A stretch of 20,000 bases of DNA from Atractiella rhizophila (taxonomy: Eukaryota). The position numbers and the translations under genes are program-made. Positions 1 through 10,153 of the stretch are shown here, in pieces. A model generated the notes under the pieces. That model had not been told where the DNA came from. It did not search any database and saw nothing but the letters and a program-made list of their open reading frames with translations. The stretch is from positions 141,277 to 161,276 of the forward strand of contig MU271207.1 of assembly GCA_021432655.1 (NCBI GenBank), read 5' to 3'. Within the stretch, counting starts at the first letter, position 1. Each line of letters starts with the position of its first letter.

Positions 1-927
1 TTGAATCGCCATCTGTTTCCACAGCTACGTAGCTGTTTGAAGACACAGTCGCATAGTTCATCTGATAAAGAACAATCTTCCCCCTCCCGCACCATGCAAC
101 TAGATCGATGTAAAAACTCACCAGCACCAAAGGCGTTAACCCTAGACACGAAAAAGAGCAACACAAACGCGATGATCAAAAGGAAAGGAGGTTTGGAGAA
201 CGCCATATTTGATCGGAATCTGATCCTCAATTTCTAGGTTTCTGTCGCTTCGATTTCGTGTTCGCTTGTAAGTACGTTATAAAAGATTCAGTTCTGTCGT
301 CTGCTGGTTGATGCTTGTGATTTGGATGTTGGGATGAGGCCTCGTCGTCGTTTTTGTGAGCAGCCTTGGAAACGGAGGCACATTTAACGATACGCTAATG
401 ACGACCGCCAAGACTTGCTGCCAAGACTATCTCGCCTAACGTTTCATTGCCATTGTGCAAAGGGCAAAGCAACAGGGGCACTAATCTGCTTTAATAATGA
501 GATAAATCTCTGGATTGTCTTAGTTGAAGACGTTGTTCTGACTGGTCATTACAATAATGTATTACTATTATTCGATATTCATCACTAGTTACTAGTTTGG
601 ATTGACATTTGCGTCAGTCGACGTAATGTGTCGAGTGTTAATGGATGGAGTAAGTTGCATTGCACGACGTTACTAACGTTACTGACATGACTGATCCCAA
701 AAAGCTCTCGAAAAACGAGAAACAGAAAAACTGCAGCGAGAGAAGAATGGCTGCAGTGCTAAGGGTTTATATAGTAAGACTATCCAGTAGCGACAGAGAA
801 AGCACCGAACATGTAATATATGAAGCTACTGCTAATGATAGAATGATACTTTTCGAAAATCGTGTATGCGCGTGTCATGATGATGATAAAAAATATGTGA
901 CTCCATGGAGTCAGTCCTTCTTCAAAT

Positions 928-2370
928 CTACATCCCAGAACTGGGACCGAACCACTCTTCCACGAGTTTCCCAACGTGCTCCTTCCATTTCGTCATTCTC
1001 TCGAGATCCAAATGGAACGCTATGGCACCAAAGAGAAAGACAGCAACGAAGAGGACGAGGAAGTAAAGTGACCGCAGTGTTGCAACACGACGGTTTTTCG
1101 ATGCCAAATTCGACGAGATAAGCGGATCGGTCTCTACTGCTTCAGACGAGCGAGCGACCTTCCCGCCTCGTTCGACGTCATTGCTTCGCGTCCTCCTTAA
1201 GCACCCGAATATCCCGCATGTCCTACCTTCCTTCGCTTGCTCACTCTCATCTTCTTCATCCGAAAATGTTGGCGGCTGATCCATGAACGGAGTATAAACC
1301 TTCGAATTTGGACGATGATATTCTTTAAGCGAAGGACGGCGAGTGGAGGTGCTGGTGTCAACGCCCTCGAAGGGACGGATCGTTTTCGAGCTCTCTCCGC
1401 GAGTTAAAGGCAACGGGGTGACAGATCGCAATGGAGAGGAAGGGGGAAGGGGTTTAGGGGTAACAATCGGGACGGATTTTATGTTCGCGGCCGATGACGA
1501 TGCAACACGTTTTGAAGGAGGAACGATAGGCATGGCCGACGAAGAGGGATATTTGAAGTCAGGAACGGACGAGGGTTTAGCCAGTTTCGCTTGTTCAGCC
1601 GCAAGAGATGGGATCCTCGATTTCCCTTTATTCTCCTTCCCACCGCCTTCTCTCTTCGACCGTCTCTCCTCTTCTCTTCGAGCGCCCAATTCAATGCTCT
1701 TCTGCAAGTCCCTCTTGTGTCTTCGAAACTCATTCATCTCTCTTCTTTGACCCTGACTGTGCAACGATGTCTCGCTTCCACGCTGAGCCAGCGAACGAAC
1801 ATCCTTGTCTCTCCTCCAGAAGCTCTCTTCGAACTCAGCTGAAGGAGGAGGGGAGCGCAAGATGACGCTTTCCCCATCCTCGTCATCGTTCGACTTCCAT
1901 CGGCTTTGACGGAATGGTCCCGAGGTCGAAGCGTACGAGTACGCCTGAGGCTCTGTGCCTCTTCTGGAAGTGAAAGGGCTCGTCTCCCTGGACCGCAACG
2001 GGCTGGTTTCTCTACGTGCCACAGAGCCATAGTAACCGGAATCTACGCGGTCTTTATCGGATGCCTGTAGACGGAAGGAAGAGTGTTCCCCATCCGCAGA
2101 CACTGCCGAGTCGATGGAGTCTATACGCCGGATTTTTCGGTAGTCGGGAGACGTAGAGTGAATGCTTTCCGTCGGCGTGTGAATAAAACGAGTACGAGAG
2201 ATGGAGGAGGAGGAGGGAATGCGAATGGCGGTTATATTGCGAGCAGCTATCGCAGCAGCGCGGCTCGGAGTGGTTGGTCCATCTGGTTGACGTATAACGG
2301 GAGATGAAGGTGCCATGCTATCTTGCAGACTGGTAGAAACCATCTGTGAGTATGCTGAAGCCGAAGGCAT
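928..2370 (-). CDS. Hypothetical ~480-aa Ser/Pro/Arg-rich, largely disordered protein with a short charged helix and one C-terminal transmembrane segment (tail-anchored-like)
   Basis: Long uninterrupted ORF. The ORF-track start at 2397 is TTG; the first ATG is at 2370 (MPSASAYSQ). It has a charged helical stretch (REMNEFRRHKRDLQKSIELGARREEERRSKRE), a hydrophobic segment (LYFLVLFVAVFLFGAIAFHL, ~1010-1075) and a ~25-aa tail. No family recognised; upstream exons cannot be excluded. Confidence 0.75.
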   Translation of the reverse strand: MPSASAYSQMVSTSLQDSMAPSSPVIRQPDGPTTPSRAAAIAARNITAIRIPSSSSISRTRFIHTPTESIHSTSPDYRKIRRIDSIDSAVSADGEHSSFRLQASDKDRVDSGYYGSVARRETSPLRSRETSPFTSRRGTEPQAYSYASTSGPFRQSRWKSNDDEDGESVILRSPPPSAEFEESFWRRDKDVRSLAQRGSETSLHSQGQRREMNEFRRHKRDLQKSIELGARREEERRSKREGGGKENKGKSRIPSLAAEQAKLAKPSSVPDFKYPSSSAMPIVPPSKRVASSSAANIKSVPIVTPKPLPPSSPLRSVTPLPLTRGESSKTIRPFEGVDTSTSTRRPSLKEYHRPNSKVYTPFMDQPPTFSDEEDESEQAKEGRTCGIFGCLRRTRSNDVERGGKVARSSEAVETDPLISSNLASKNRRVATLRSLYFLVLFVAVFLFGAIAFHLDLERMTKWKEHVGKLVEEWFGPSSGM

Positions 2371-4469
2371 GATTTCGATATCATTATGACAATCCAACGA
2401 ACTTTTACATGCAGCCTGGGGGAGCAGCTCTCCTGGCAGGATAACACCAATTTCCTCTCATGTCTTCTTTGATACTGACGGTCAACGAGCGGAGAGATAG
2501 AACATTCAGTCACTATTCGTTGAAAGGAAGTAGAACCAAGACAGGGTACTTTCAATTGAGCCATTTGTAATGACATCGAAAGCCAACATGCATTCACCTT
2601 CATAACACAAAGTGAAAAGTCAAAGTCTTAGGGCTTCCTCCGAATGGTAACACTTTACTTGACCAAAGTTCAGTGCTGTGGAAGCGCGTCGCAGCCCTCA
2701 TTACAAATCAAATTTCGCTGAGGCTCCTTTACACCACTAGCAGGCAAAGCGGTGAGAACTATTATGCAGTACCCTCAGTCTCTCGACATGTAGATGAATA
2801 GTGTCAAAGCAAAAGCGTTTAAACTGGAACGAAACAGCAAGTAACTTTGTGGACACCTCCTTCGCCACCTCATGGTGACCAAGTCCTCATTCCCAACGCG
2901 AGCTAGTACAAAAGAGGACTCCACTCCCTCTCCCCGAGCACAACAAAGACAACTCACCAGCAAAGTTCCTGTTAAGGCACCAAAAGCCAAGATCCAATCT
3001 CCAAACAAACTGTCAATGTCACGCTAACGCCACGACTGCGATCCAGTCGAGCCAATCCCAAACGTGAGCCGAGGCAGCTACTTTAGCTTTGAAGATGAGT
3101 TGGCTTGCGACAGCGGGGCGATAATTGAGAGGATCGTCGTTTTTGAGTGCTTTGCGGTCGAGCTTCGGCTTTTTGACGTCAGGTTTGCTCAGGTTGGGGT
3201 TGGGGAAGGTTTGTGGGACAGAACGACGATTTCACCGGGTGACACGGGGAGACAGTCGCAGCTTGGACGCAGTCTAGCTGGTCGAGAAGGATACTGTAAA
3301 GATAATAGACGTGCTGAAGGGCGACGAGTAAATGAAGAGGAAAGTAGGTGTCAAGCACAGAAATTGAGTGAAAATAAAGATTGCAAACTGCATTATCTCA
3401 ATTGTGAGTTCCGTGTTTAGCGTATTACGACAACAGCTCCACAAAGCAGCACTTGGTTAGGAGCACTGAGCTAGCGTTCATTGACTTCATTGCTTAGTCG
3501 CACATAGATATTTGAATATCGCCGTTGCTAAGCCGTTTTCTATGAGCAGCAGCATCTCAATGTTGTTGGTAAACATGAGTACCATTCTGTTTAGTTGCAT
3601 TGTGGTCGCTAAAACGATGTGTTTAAAGCCTATAAATGAGTTTATTGCTCATTTTATTCGTGTCTCTAAACACCATTGGAGCTATCTTTGCCAGAAATAA
3701 ACACTTTGCTGTCTCTTTCCTGTGGTGTTTCTGCATGAAAGCAGTTCATCTCTGTAATTTCCTACGACAGTCCCCCTTCTTCTCGGACTTGACATTGTCC
3801 ATCGCCTGTCAGATCAGATTGCTGAGATAACTGGATTGTGGTCTGATTCTTGCCCACTTATGTGGGAGAAAGGACAACGTTCTGACACAAATTTCAGACA
3901 ATAAACGCATTCATTAGACAGCAAAGCCATGGGTGTTCAATAACGTTCAGTTGTTGTGCTAGCTAGATAAACTTGCTTTTTTGCTTGTTTATGCTCTGTC
4001 CCAAAAGTGTTACATGTGAAACCTCCATTGCGCCGTATTAACATGCAACTTAGAAACAAAGGAATGTTTCATATTGCCCACGGAGCCACATAGTTGGTCA
4101 GGGATTGTTCATGCTGTCATCATGTCAACTCTTGCTACAGGTTGCCAATGTGGTGATTCTCTAATCATTGCACAAACTGTGTTTGCTTCATTAGGTTGAC
4201 AGTCTGTCACTTCCAGAGACTCTTTGAAAACTTGTTAGATGACAAACTGGCAAATGGTTAGGTGTTTACAGCTCGTCACAGATTAATTACTAGTCCTGAA
4301 TAGGTATTAAACCCACTCAATAAGCCCTCCCGACGAATACACCTTGAGGTTTCTGGAAAGGACCAAAGACTGACCAGTCTTGTAACACGGTCATCCCCAA
4401 TGACCACCCCATTTCGTGGTCCCCACAACCTCCAATAGATTCCTCTCTCCAACAATACCGACTGCCTGC

Positions 4470-7400
4470 ATGTCCAACTTTCAGCGGGGCATCTTTCGAG
4501 CCCCTGGTGATATCAAGAAACCAAATGAGAGAGGTCTACGAATCCTCGCCATTGACAACGGTGGAATTCGAGGTTTGTCGACATTGTACATGCTCGAAGC
4601 TATCATGTGCCAGGTGGCTGCCATCTTGGATGTACCCGACTATCGTGAGCTCCGGCCCTGTGAGTTCTTCGATCTTATCTGCGGAGCGTCAACAGGTGGT
4701 TGGATTGCCATCATGCTTGGAAGACTTGGGATGACCGTTCGTCAATGTATTGATGCATACCTGAACATCGTGGCGAAGGTCTTTTCGGAGGAGGCTCGTA
4801 TCACTCCAACAGCAAACAGTGACCAACCCTACTACCCCTTTTCGGCACAAAGGCTGGAGGATGCCTTCATCTCTCTCATAGAACAGCACGCTACAAGCCC
4901 CGTTGGATGTGGACGTGCCGTACCGATGAAAGACCCTGATCAACTCTTTCAAGAGAGGTGTAGGACCTTTGTTGTAGCCACCTACGAAGCCGATACCCGT
5001 GTATCGTGCGAAATGCGGACTTACGACTCACTTTCGAAGGCTGCAACTTGCGCAGTTTGGCAGGCAGCCAGAGCGACGGCTGCTGCCCCAAACTTCTTCC
5101 CAGCTCTCACCGTCGATAACACTACATACGTCGCGATCGGACGGAATAATCCTTCAACCATGGCAATTACAGAATCTAAGCGTATTTGGGGGCAACGAAG
5201 CGAGATCGCCTGTTTTGTTTCTTTAGGCACTGGAGTTACGCCTGCCCTGAGGATTGATGGCATTCTGCACAATCTGACTCAAGTGATGAAAGACATCGTG
5301 GAAGATTGCTCTAGAGTCTCGAATGAGGTTAAGATAAACCTGCAAGAACAAGGACTGGGATTTTGTTTCTATCGATTTTGCGTCGAGTCTTTAGGGGGTA
5401 TCGGCTGGGAGGATTGGAGGAGAAAGGACGATGTGGTTGGTCAGACAAAAGCTTTCATGGAAAGTATGAGTCACGAAGTTTTAGCTTTGACCAAATCTCT
5501 CACTCAGCGTAAGCATATCGACCTTCTTCCATGCTACAAGTCATGATATTTCTTTGAGCAGCTCACCACCTGCGGATAGCCATCTTTAGGAAGCTACCAC
5601 TCCCTCCCCCACCATTGTGCTTCGGAAGAGAGAAAGAAATCAGCGCGATAAAAAATGCTGCTCTGGCTGGCCAACACGTAGCGATTGTAGGTGGTGCAGG
5701 AAATGGCAAATCTACGGTGGCACTGGCAACACTGCACACTGAGGAAATCAAGTCAGCTTTCACCCAGCAGCTTGAAGATCGTTTAGAGGAGCGGCGCTTT
5801 TGGGTTCGTTGCGACGCCTTCAATACCTTTTCTAGTCTATGGAACCATCTATGTCACAGTATCTTTTGCTTAGTTCCACTACCAGGAACCACCGAGCTTG
5901 ACATGGTTACCGGCTATTTTCAAAGTCAGAAGTGCCTTCTAGTGCTGGACAACCTTGAGACTCCAGCAGGTTCCGATCCGACAAACTTCCAACCATTTCT
6001 TCAGAGCCTGCTCTTCAACAATAAAGCTCGGTCCGTCCTGGTTGTCGCTCATCGTGGAGATCGAGCAGAACGGATAGATTTGCAAGGGGCGCAATTCACT
6101 GCAGTAACCATTTGCGGCCTGGAGCAGGACATTGCTTGTAAGCTTTTTCGACATCATTTTCAAAACCATCGCGATTCGCCAGATCTCGAAACAACAATCA
6201 ATGAAATCAATTCATGCTTAGATCATCATCCCCTTTCGATCCGTCTCTTTGCCTTGCGAGCGCGACATGACAGAGATCGATCCCTCAAGCAATTGCGCGA
6301 ACTCTGGGAAGCAATGAAGACGGATATTCTTTGGAAGGATGAAAGGGACGGGACACCCGCTCTTGCGTCGTCGATTTCCTTTTCTCTTCGTTCTCCGGTA
6401 GTCACCGCATCCCCTCAAGCATTATCTGCACTTGCAATTTTGTCTTGGACCCCAGAAGGGCTCGTCCACGATGATTTGGAGGCCATATTATCGGTTGAGG
6501 ACAGTTACAAAGCTGTCGATTCTATCCTCGCGATCGGGCTCGCCGAGAGGATTGGTGGGGTTGTAACTGGTCGACGACGTTTACGTATACTCGCTCCAAT
6601 TCGTGAACACCTAAACAGCCTAGTGTCGCTGTCACGACCACCGTTCTTAGAATCGGTTTTATTGTCTCTTGAGCCACTTGTCGCTCATCAAATACAAACA
6701 GCGAAGCAGATGATTGAACAATTTGAAGTGAGGGAGCGACATGCGGCATTCATGTGCTTCCAGGAAGAATACCCCAACTTGGAGCACCTCCTCATGACAA
6801 CTATGTCCCAACCCCCTCTCCAACGGCAAGTTTTTGCCTTCCTCAAAGATGCCGCGCATTTCTTGTACTCTCACTTATTCCCTTCCGTTCGACTGGCTTC
6901 AGCTGTGGTGGATCTCAGCCGCACGCTCGTAGAGGAGTCGACGGTCGTAGCGACATTCCTGTTCTATCTCGCCGCCACAAAGCATGTAAAGGGCAACACT
7001 CTGGATGCAATCCAACATTATCTGGAGGCAAAAGAGATCTTTCTCGAGCAGGGGAGGCGCAAGAACGTCGCCGCTTGCCTCGAAGGAGTTGCAAATCTCT
7101 ACTTGATCAGCGGGAGACATGACTCTGCTCTGCAGGCGTTCCGCGAGGCAAAAGAGATTAACATTGAGGAGGGGTGTCGCAAGGGAGTCGCCGGCTGCCT
7201 CGCCCGAATGGGGACCATCGATTCGTTACGCGGCAGGCATGACTCTGCTCTGAAACTATTCCAGGAGGCGATGGAGATTCACCTGGAGGAGGGAGATCGC
7301 GGTGGAGTCGGAAATATCCTTCATGACATTGGAGGAGTCGAGTGTCTATGCGGGAGGCCCAATTCCGCTCTGCAGGCTTTCCAGGAGTCGAAGAAGATTG

Positions 7401-9049
7401 CTGAAGAGGAGAGGAACCCCGGATCAGTCGCTGCTTGTCTCAAGAGCATCGGCGATGTAGAGTATCGATACTGGAGGACCGACTCTGCTTTGAAGGCATT
7501 CCAGGAAGCGAAAGAAATTTTCGTTCAGATGAATATGCCTTTGGTATTGGCCGCTTGCCTCGAAAGCATCGGCCGTGTCGACTTGCGGTGTAAGAGGTAC
7601 GATTCTGCTCTGGAGGGCTTTCACAAGGCGAAAGAGCTCAACCTCGAGTTCGGATATGCTAGTGGAGTGGCTGGTTGCCTCAATAATATCGGCTCAGTCG
7701 ACTCCGATTGTGGGAGGCTGGATTCTGCTCTGAAGGCTTTTCAGGAGGCGAAGGAGATTCACCTCAGGCTCGGCGACCGCCTCGGTGTCGCTGCTTCCCT
7801 CAACAACATTGGAGTCGTCGATCTCAGATGCAGTAGGAGCGATTCTGCGCTTAGGGCATTCAAAGAGGCGAAGGAAATTTGTCTCGAGGTGAATCATCGC
7901 CTAGCCCTGGCTGACTGCAACACACGCATCGGACAGGCCCTCAGCCAATGTGGAAGATACGATTCTGCTCTGCAGGCCTTCCAGGAGGCGAAAGAGATTT
8001 ATCTCGCGGTAGATCATCGACTGAAATTGGCCAACTGCACCCGATGTATTGGAGAAGTTCATTTACGAAGTGGAAGGTACGATTCTTCTCTGGAGGCATT
8101 CCAGGAGTCGAAGGAGATTTACTTGGAACTGGACTGCGGTTTCGGAGTCAAAGAGTGCCTCGAATTGATCGCAGCCGTCCACATTGAATGTGGGAGGGAT
8201 GATTCTGCATGGAAGCTTGTCGACGAGCCGGCGCCAAAGGGGAGACTCGGGCAGCTTAGATTTCCAAACCAGATTGGTAGTGGAGAAGGAGAACGGCGTG
8301 GAGAGACAGATCAACAATCTAGACCAACTTGTCTAGCCAATGCCCAATCCTCAACGCAGGATGAACTACCAATTCTTCCTCCCTCACAACGCATCGTCAG
8401 CAAGGAACCATCTGCTCACAAAATCCAATCTCCACCCCATTTACTTCATCCAGACCCATCCGCCGCCATCTCAGCTCACCTCTCCAAAGTCGCGACCAAG
8501 CTCGCGACGCTCTCGACGGCCACTCTTCCACCTACCTTAACACTGCATCTCACGTCTCCGATACTGACATTCCATCCGTGCAACATACCTCATCGCGAGC
8601 TCAGGCAACAGCTGGAGTCGCTGCTATTGGAGTTGGATGGGATTGAGAGTGAGGGAGACGAAAATGTTAGGAGAGAGAGGAAGAGAATGGTGAGGGAGGC
8701 AGAAGAATTACTGGAAAAGTTGGAGCGGGGAGTCAAGGAGGAGTGGGAAATGCGATGTAGGAAAATTGGTATGTTCTTATTTGTGTCTTTACGATACAGC
8801 TCCTACTAACTGTAGATGTTGGACTCCAACTTCCAGAAGCGGCCGTTTCTGCCTCCGACGCCGAGCCAACTCCTTCACTAAGGCATTCAAAAATCACTCC
8901 TTCTAAAGACCCATCAGTTCAAAGGAAGTGAGTGTTCAGCGTTGTAGCTCTCTTGAGTACAGAATAAAGCCGATCTCGTGTTCGTTAGGGCTAGGAATCT
9001 TATCAGCTCTTTCCTCCCAAAATTCAGGCGCACGCGGCACTCGAAATGA
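4470..9049 (+). CDS. Fungal NLR-like receptor: patatin-like (PNPLA) domain + NB-ARC/STAND ATPase + 40-aa TPR-like repeats + C-terminal BAG-like domain; predicted exons 4470-5508, 5562-8768, 8816-8927, 8989-9049 (~1472 aa)
   Basis: Patatin motifs LRILAIDNGGIRG (D at 4554), FDLICGASTGG (GxSxG 4683-4697) and ARATAAAPNFF. Removing intron 5509-5561 (GTAAGC...GCAG, 53 nt) joins the two long ORFs in frame (..LTQ-P-HHLRIAIFRKLPLPPPPLCFGREKEI). Walker A GGAGNGKST (5690-5716), Walker B LLVLDNLE (~5936-5959), DHHPLSI (GxP-like). Intron 8769-8815 is GTATGT...TACTAAC...TAG. The last intron, 8928-8988 (GTGAGT...TTAG), is less certain; without it the stop is at 8931. Confidence 0.88.
5509..5561 (+). other. 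Spliceosomal intron joining the patatin and NB-ARC exons
   Basis: GTAAGC donor, pyrimidine tract and CAG acceptor, 53 nt, phase 1. It contains the TGA that ends the 376-aa ORF, and splicing restores the frame into the 1064-aa ORF. Confidence 0.88.
7001..8210 (+). repeat. Intragenic tandem array of ten 120-nt (40-aa) TPR-like repeats plus the start of an eleventh
   Basis: A GA(C/T)TCTGCTCTG-like motif (DSAL) recurs at 7121, 7241, 7361, 7481, 7601, 7721, 7841, 7961, 8081 and 8201, an exact 120-nt period with no indels. Consensus DSALxAFQEAKEIxLExGxRxGVAxCLxxIGxVxxxxGRx. Confidence 0.93.
8459..8726 (+). other. BAG-like three-helix domain (Hsp70 co-chaperone family) within the NLR reading frame
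   Basis: HRELRQQLESLLLELDGIESEGDENVRRERKRMVREAEELLEKLE matches the BAG helix 2-3 pattern (LLxLDxIxxxGxxxxRxxRKxxVxxxxxxLxxL). The preceding LPPTLTL...LTFHPCNIP resembles the insert I recall from basidiomycete BAG proteins. Recognised by eye, not by HMM. Confidence 0.8.
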
Positions 9050-9921
9050 ATCGATAGTTTCTTGGCTTGACAGTCATGCTAGTCATGACAGTGCATATTG
9101 ATTATAGGCTATCCTTCACATCCATGATACCAGTGACTACTGTGAGCTAATCCACAGTGAAGATGAGATGGTGGAAATGCTAGGGAATCAGGACGAAAAC
9201 AGACCTAACCCTATGTACATGTTGTAAGGTGGGAAGAGACCAAAATGAAAAACCAATGATTGTGCAATTGTGCCGAAGAGTGCAAAGAAAGGGAGAATGG
9301 TACAGTCTGTAGGCAATGAAAGGAGTGGATGTGAAGGGAGCTAAAGGGAACAGAGGTAACAGTACCATTCTCTGATAGCAGAGAGTTTCTCAAATGTGAT
9401 TTGATGTGCTTTCACGGGCATTTTACTCAAGGCTTAGCATATTTTACAGAAGCCCAGCCTCAAGGACTGAAAAGAAAAGAAGGAGACTCAATACTCAGTC
9501 CCCGACTCACTGATCTTGAAGGAATCACTGCAACTTGGCAATCCTGAGTTAATTCTTGCCCTATGCAGTCAGGATTTAAGCTTCTGGACGATTATTCACC
9601 TTGAAGTCTTTTTCTCTTGATCAAGCACTCTTGCATAAAAGTCACACCTGCATATTGGATGGGAATGCTCATGTGGGATGAGACAGACAGGGAAAAGGCT
9701 ATAAATTTGTTCATACTTTTCAGTAGCAAAGCGTAACCGAGGGATGTGAGCCATAAGGAATTGTTTCCTTGTTGGTTTCGTTGTTGTATCCAATAATACT
9801 AAAATTCTAAGATTTGCAGCGTGGTGGCCTCCACCTTGACTCAGAACTCTGCTGAATCCGGATTCTGAACCAAAGCGGCTCAAGCCGAATTTGGTCGGGC
9901 AGTTGTAAATCACATGATTGA

Positions 9922-9972
9922 GCTAGATCCGCTACAACTTGAAAATGCGAACCCTGCAATAGGAAATCAGTT
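9922..9972 (+). repeat. Copy 1 of a degenerate direct repeat flanking the Helitron ORF
   Basis: GCTAGATCCGCTACAACTTGAAAATGCGAACC vs GCTAGGTCCCCTACAACTTTGAAATGCAGACC at 14727 (26/32 identical). Both are followed shortly by AAATCAGTT. Confidence 0.7.
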
Positions 9973-10153
9973 GTTTGTATTGTAAAGTGTCAGCCCACAC
10001 CGATATGCAACCAGTCTTAGCATAGCCTGCCTCCTCCCACCTCTATCTTATTTTGATACTCGCCTCTGCCCATGAACTAAGTACTCCCTTATCCGGCGAC
10101 GAATGAAATTGATGTTCCTAGCATCTACATTCAAAATCTGGGGCTTAGCTTAA

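Noticed and set aside
1..927. ORFs 1-237 and 660-1121 and small palindromic or duplicated motifs at ~540-700
   Set aside because: Non-ATG starts, no recognisable motifs and partial antisense overlap with the 480-aa gene; the repeats are too short to distinguish from chance.
1343..2307. Several overlapping short ORFs on both strands
   Set aside because: They are shadow frames of the 480-aa minus-strand gene.
3020..3420. 118-aa plus-strand ORF and a protein-like minus-strand stretch (KPDVKKPKLDRKALKNDDP...WDWLDWIAVVALA)
   Set aside because: No start codon or consistent splice model and no recognisable family; it could be UTR or a relic but cannot be supported.
3480..4400. AT-richer stretch upstream of the NLR as a possible small partner gene (e.g. 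amyloid-signalling effector) or TE relic
   Set aside because: Only short ORFs, with no HeLo/gasdermin/amyloid-like motif or terminal repeats visible.
7001..8210. Regularly spaced conserved motif with variable spacers, superficially CRISPR-like or DGR-like
   Set aside because: The period is exactly 40 codons inside an open frame with protein-level conservation; there are no cas genes, reverse transcriptase or template repeat.
4416..8809. Two separate genes (376-aa patatin and 1064-aa ATPase-TPR) resembling a bacterial two-gene defence operon
   Set aside because: A canonical 53-nt intron fuses them in frame, the ORF-track starts are GTG/TTG, and the introns and eukaryotic transposons show the DNA is not prokaryotic.
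9150..9840. Possible further decayed transposon between the NLR and the Helitron
   Set aside because: It looks CpG-poor, but no diagnostic protein motif or termini were recognised.
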